A DNA stretch of 64,000 nucleotides from assembly GCA_036172245.1 (NCBI GenBank), contig JAYWIR010000010.1:2542001-2606000 (forward strand), in the 5' to 3' direction. Under the pieces are notes generated by a model, which ran no database searches, was not told the origin of the DNA, and was given only the letters and a program-made list of their open reading frames with translations. Source of the stretch: Raillietiella orientalis. Taxonomy: Eukaryota. Shown piece after piece: positions 63,651 through 64,000 of this stretch. The stretch's first letter is position 1, and each line of letters begins with the position of its first letter. The translations under genes and the position numbers were made by a program.

Positions 63651-64000
63651 GGTATCTCTGCACCTGCGCTTACTTTGCTCATGTGCAATGAATGTCATCT
63701 CGAACTATTTACATCCCTTAGAGGCACATACCCTATAACGTAATGCACCAGTTATCTCCAAATGCAAACTAAGATGTGTGACTTAGCATTATTGGTTTAT
63801 GGGAACGTTTTTTTAAAACTAATTTCTCACCAATACTCCATAAAGGGATTCCATAAAACTGCAATCTGCAACTCGTAATCATAAAAATCAATTTGCCTCG
63901 CAATCGACTCCTCTCTTTTCGCAATCATGGAAAAATTCCAACCACAAAAAAAAAAAGTTCGTACGCTTTTTCCTTGTTGAAAAAGACTTCATGAGCAAAG

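Overview
AT-rich, gene-dense animal (probably protostome invertebrate) genomic DNA in which most introns are only about 40-55 nt. Recognisable intron-containing genes: HRD1/synoviolin (-), an SRSF4/5/6 (B52-type) SR protein (-), LDB/Chip (-), SLK/STK10 (Slik) kinase (-), lipoyl synthase (+), calnexin (-), RPS3 (+) and TMEM33 (-, with a U12-type intron). There is also a candidate 80-aa membrane microprotein, a decayed Tigger/pogo transposase and a VAP pseudogene. An 11.5-kb GC-richer island (~38830-50400) between the divergent SLK and LIAS genes holds decayed non-LTR retrotransposons. It contains three co-oriented NeSL/Utopia-like RLE relics, two L1/Tx1-like APE relics and a ~0.8-kb degenerate 28S rRNA fragment. 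That fragment ends at the D7a 'hidden break' region and is fused directly to the 5' end of the Tx1-like element, which is the most unusual structure in the window. The SR gene shows duplicated alternative linker exons and a candidate NMD poison exon. All calls come from manual reading; no searches were run, and retroelement boundaries are approximate.
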